Assembly: GCA_903813345.2 (NCBI GenBank) | Contig: CAIIXF020000001.1 | Span: 43,648,001 to 43,712,000, forward strand | Source: Owenia fusiformis | Lineage: Eukaryota | DNA length: 64,000 bases | Direction of reading: 5' to 3' | Shown: positions 62,601 through 64,000 of the stretch, one piece after another | Layout: the number at the start of each line of letters is the position of its first letter | How positions within the stretch are numbered: the first letter of the stretch is position 1 | Made by a program: the position numbers and the translations under genes | Notes under the pieces: model-generated | The model's database searches: none | Told to the model about the DNA's origin: nothing | What the model saw: the letters and a program-made list of their open reading frames with translations, nothing else

Positions 62601-63540
62601 ATTGATCAAAAATTTGTTTCTTGTAAGTCTTAGTCAAGGCAACCCATGTGTTCATTTAGCTTCATTACAATGGAAATCAACGAGACTTGGTTTATTTGAA
62701 AACTGATCGATTGTAGACATTTTTCCTTTATAGTGAGGATTCATTAATATATAAGTTGATGTGACTTGGTGCATTTGAAAATTGTTCTTTGTAGAGTGTG
62801 TTCCATCAGCAGATTTTACTGTGTATTAAATTGTTGTGTATTTCCAGGTGAACATCATTCACCAGTCGCATGAGCCAAATGCTGCAGAGCATGTGAAGTC
62901 CAACTCCATTCACCATGATGTGGAGAAGAAGCTAGTACCCTTCAAGAACAAGGAATTGAATTTGGAAAGAGCTGAGGGTGGAACACATAATGCAGCCACT
63001 GCTGCTGCTGGAGGCGCAAGTATGTAATCTCTAAATCACTTGCATAGCTACACTTTTCTCATACTCAAGCAATGAATATTAGACTTAAAAGTGACATTTG
63101 ATTCAAGATTATATTCAGTATAGCAGTACTATGTTTACATATGGAACTGCACAGAAAATATTGGATGTACCAAATCAGTTATTATTTTCTAATAGTCAGA
63201 CAATTCAGTGGACAGAACTTAAAATTACCAATTCATGTCTCATAATGTCAATATAGCTATTGTTGTCTGTAGCATACAAGTTGAGTTAAGTTGATATAGG
63301 ATGTACAATACATTGTATTTGACATGTGATCTGTTTTTCCTTGCAGGTGCTGGGATGACAGTGATAATTGTTGTCTGTGTTGGATTCTTGGCTTTCATGA
63401 TTATACTTGGTGTGATTCGCATCCGTGCTGCCCACAAGAAGACGCAGATAGTTAAGGTGGAAGAGAACACTGAGATGGAGTGGGATAATTCTGCTCTGAC
63501 TATCACAGTTAACCCTCTAGAGGAGGGGGAAGGATCTAGT
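32650..63540 (+). CDS. CLSTN: Calsyntenin (alcadein) cadherin-superfamily protein; 3' end beyond the window
   Basis: Phase-compatible GT-AG exons: 32650-32719 (signal peptide), 41411-41554, 43822-44020, 50188-50396, 52643-52789, 57780-57971, 58420-58686, 59078-59259, 59903-60032, 60348-60502, 60849-61000, 61370-61584, 61884-62039, 62317-62462, 62848-63019, 63347-63540. The protein has two cadherin repeats (LNFEKRRKYKFEIAAYDCG; LDYSKQNTYILEVKAEDCG), GKGCDRDTYS, a LamG-like domain (FTIATWMRH, HHYSLFVHKCRLVFLLRRE, PAEWRW, CDGDWHHYAI), a TM segment VIIVVCVGFLAFMIILGV and cytoplasmic EMEWDNSALTITVNP. Confidence 0.97.
37230..41020. repeat. Two inverted, diverged copies of a ~570-bp repeat (~37230-37800 and ~40445-41020) in calsyntenin intron 1
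   Basis: GTTTTTGAGGCATTTTTTAGAAAAAGCAACAGACCTATTTTT...GATATTAAAAGATGACAGCTCAACGGGGTGGTCAC is found reverse-complemented at ~40858-40960. The ORF track shows the same pseudo-peptide on opposite strands. Confidence 0.8.
43590..43756 (+). repeat. ~59-bp tandem repeat, about 3 copies
   Basis: GAGAGTAGAGATTTTTCATAATTCTCTCACTTGGCTGCCTTAGATAC recurs at ~43590, 43649 and 43708. Confidence 0.9.
46770..47411. mobile_element. Tc1/mariner-type foldback MITE
   Basis: TA-CAGGGTGTCCCGAAAGTATGGGCCCCCCCCTAGGCAGA...TCTGCCTAGGGGGGCCCCATACTTTGGGGACACCCTG-TA; imperfect complementarity extends ~250 bp inward. Confidence 0.9.
54740..54884. mobile_element. Degenerate pogo/Tigger-like MITE
   Basis: TA-CAGTAAAACTTGTCAAGGTGGAACAC...GTGTTCCACTTTTCAGGTTTCACTG; same family as 63679-63856. 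Confidence 0.55.
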
Positions 63541-63678
63541 GTAAGTACAGCTATAAAGTGTACTTTGAGAGCCCTGCGTGTAACATTTACTATTTGAATG
63601 TATGCTTGAATTTACTAGCAAATCTGATAGCTACAAGCAATGTGATTAATCACTTAATTAAATCTTAAAACAGACATA

Positions 63679-63856
63679 CAGTAAAACCTGTCTTAGTGAA
63701 CACCTCTCTCTAGTGAACACCTGTCCCTAGTGGACACCCTTCCTACGCACATAGTCCACTGACTTCTGTATAAATTACCCTCTCTCTAGTGAACACCTAC
63801 CTACAGTGAACGTTTTTTCTTGGCAAAAAAATGTTCACTATACACAAGTTTTACTG
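63679..63856. mobile_element. pogo/Tigger-like MITE with repeated TAGTGAACACCT motifs
   Basis: TA-CAGTAAAACCTGTCTTAGTGAACA...TGTTCACTATACACAAGTTTTACTG-TA. Confidence 0.8.
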
Positions 63857-64000
63857 TACATGAAAGGCAACAAAATATACTCATATAAGACTATTTCAAT
63901 GGATTCCAAGTTGAAATCTGTTACATATTTGACATTTGCTGAAAGCTCATTTTCATTGGCCATCACCAAACAACGGAAACAGTTGTACATTGGAATACCC

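Overview
AT-rich eukaryotic (invertebrate, probably lophotrochozoan-like) genomic DNA with spliceosomal introns. There are three protein-coding genes. (1) A 9-coding-exon phospholipid scramblase (+, 6237-13171) carries an apparent 1-nt frameshift and has lost its Cys-rich motifs. (2) An LRR-Ig single-pass membrane protein has an intronless CDS (-, 29952-31859). (3) Calsyntenin (+, from 32650, running off the window) sits head-to-head with the LRR-Ig gene across a short shared promoter region. The non-coding DNA is dense in non-autonomous transposons. The most notable are: a 493-bp miniature LTR retrotransposon whose LTRs carry a tRNA-Lys-derived Pol III promoter (10403-10895); a 9.5-kb block that parses as five Helentron-type (HINE/DINE-like) elements nested inside each other's microsatellite (17428-26887), with its empty site preserved in an adjacent 1.65-kb tandem duplicate; and two CAC...GTG foldback elements with 5-bp TSDs (Transib-like signature). 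Many Tc1/mariner and pogo-like MITEs are also present. All calls were made by eye, without database searches.
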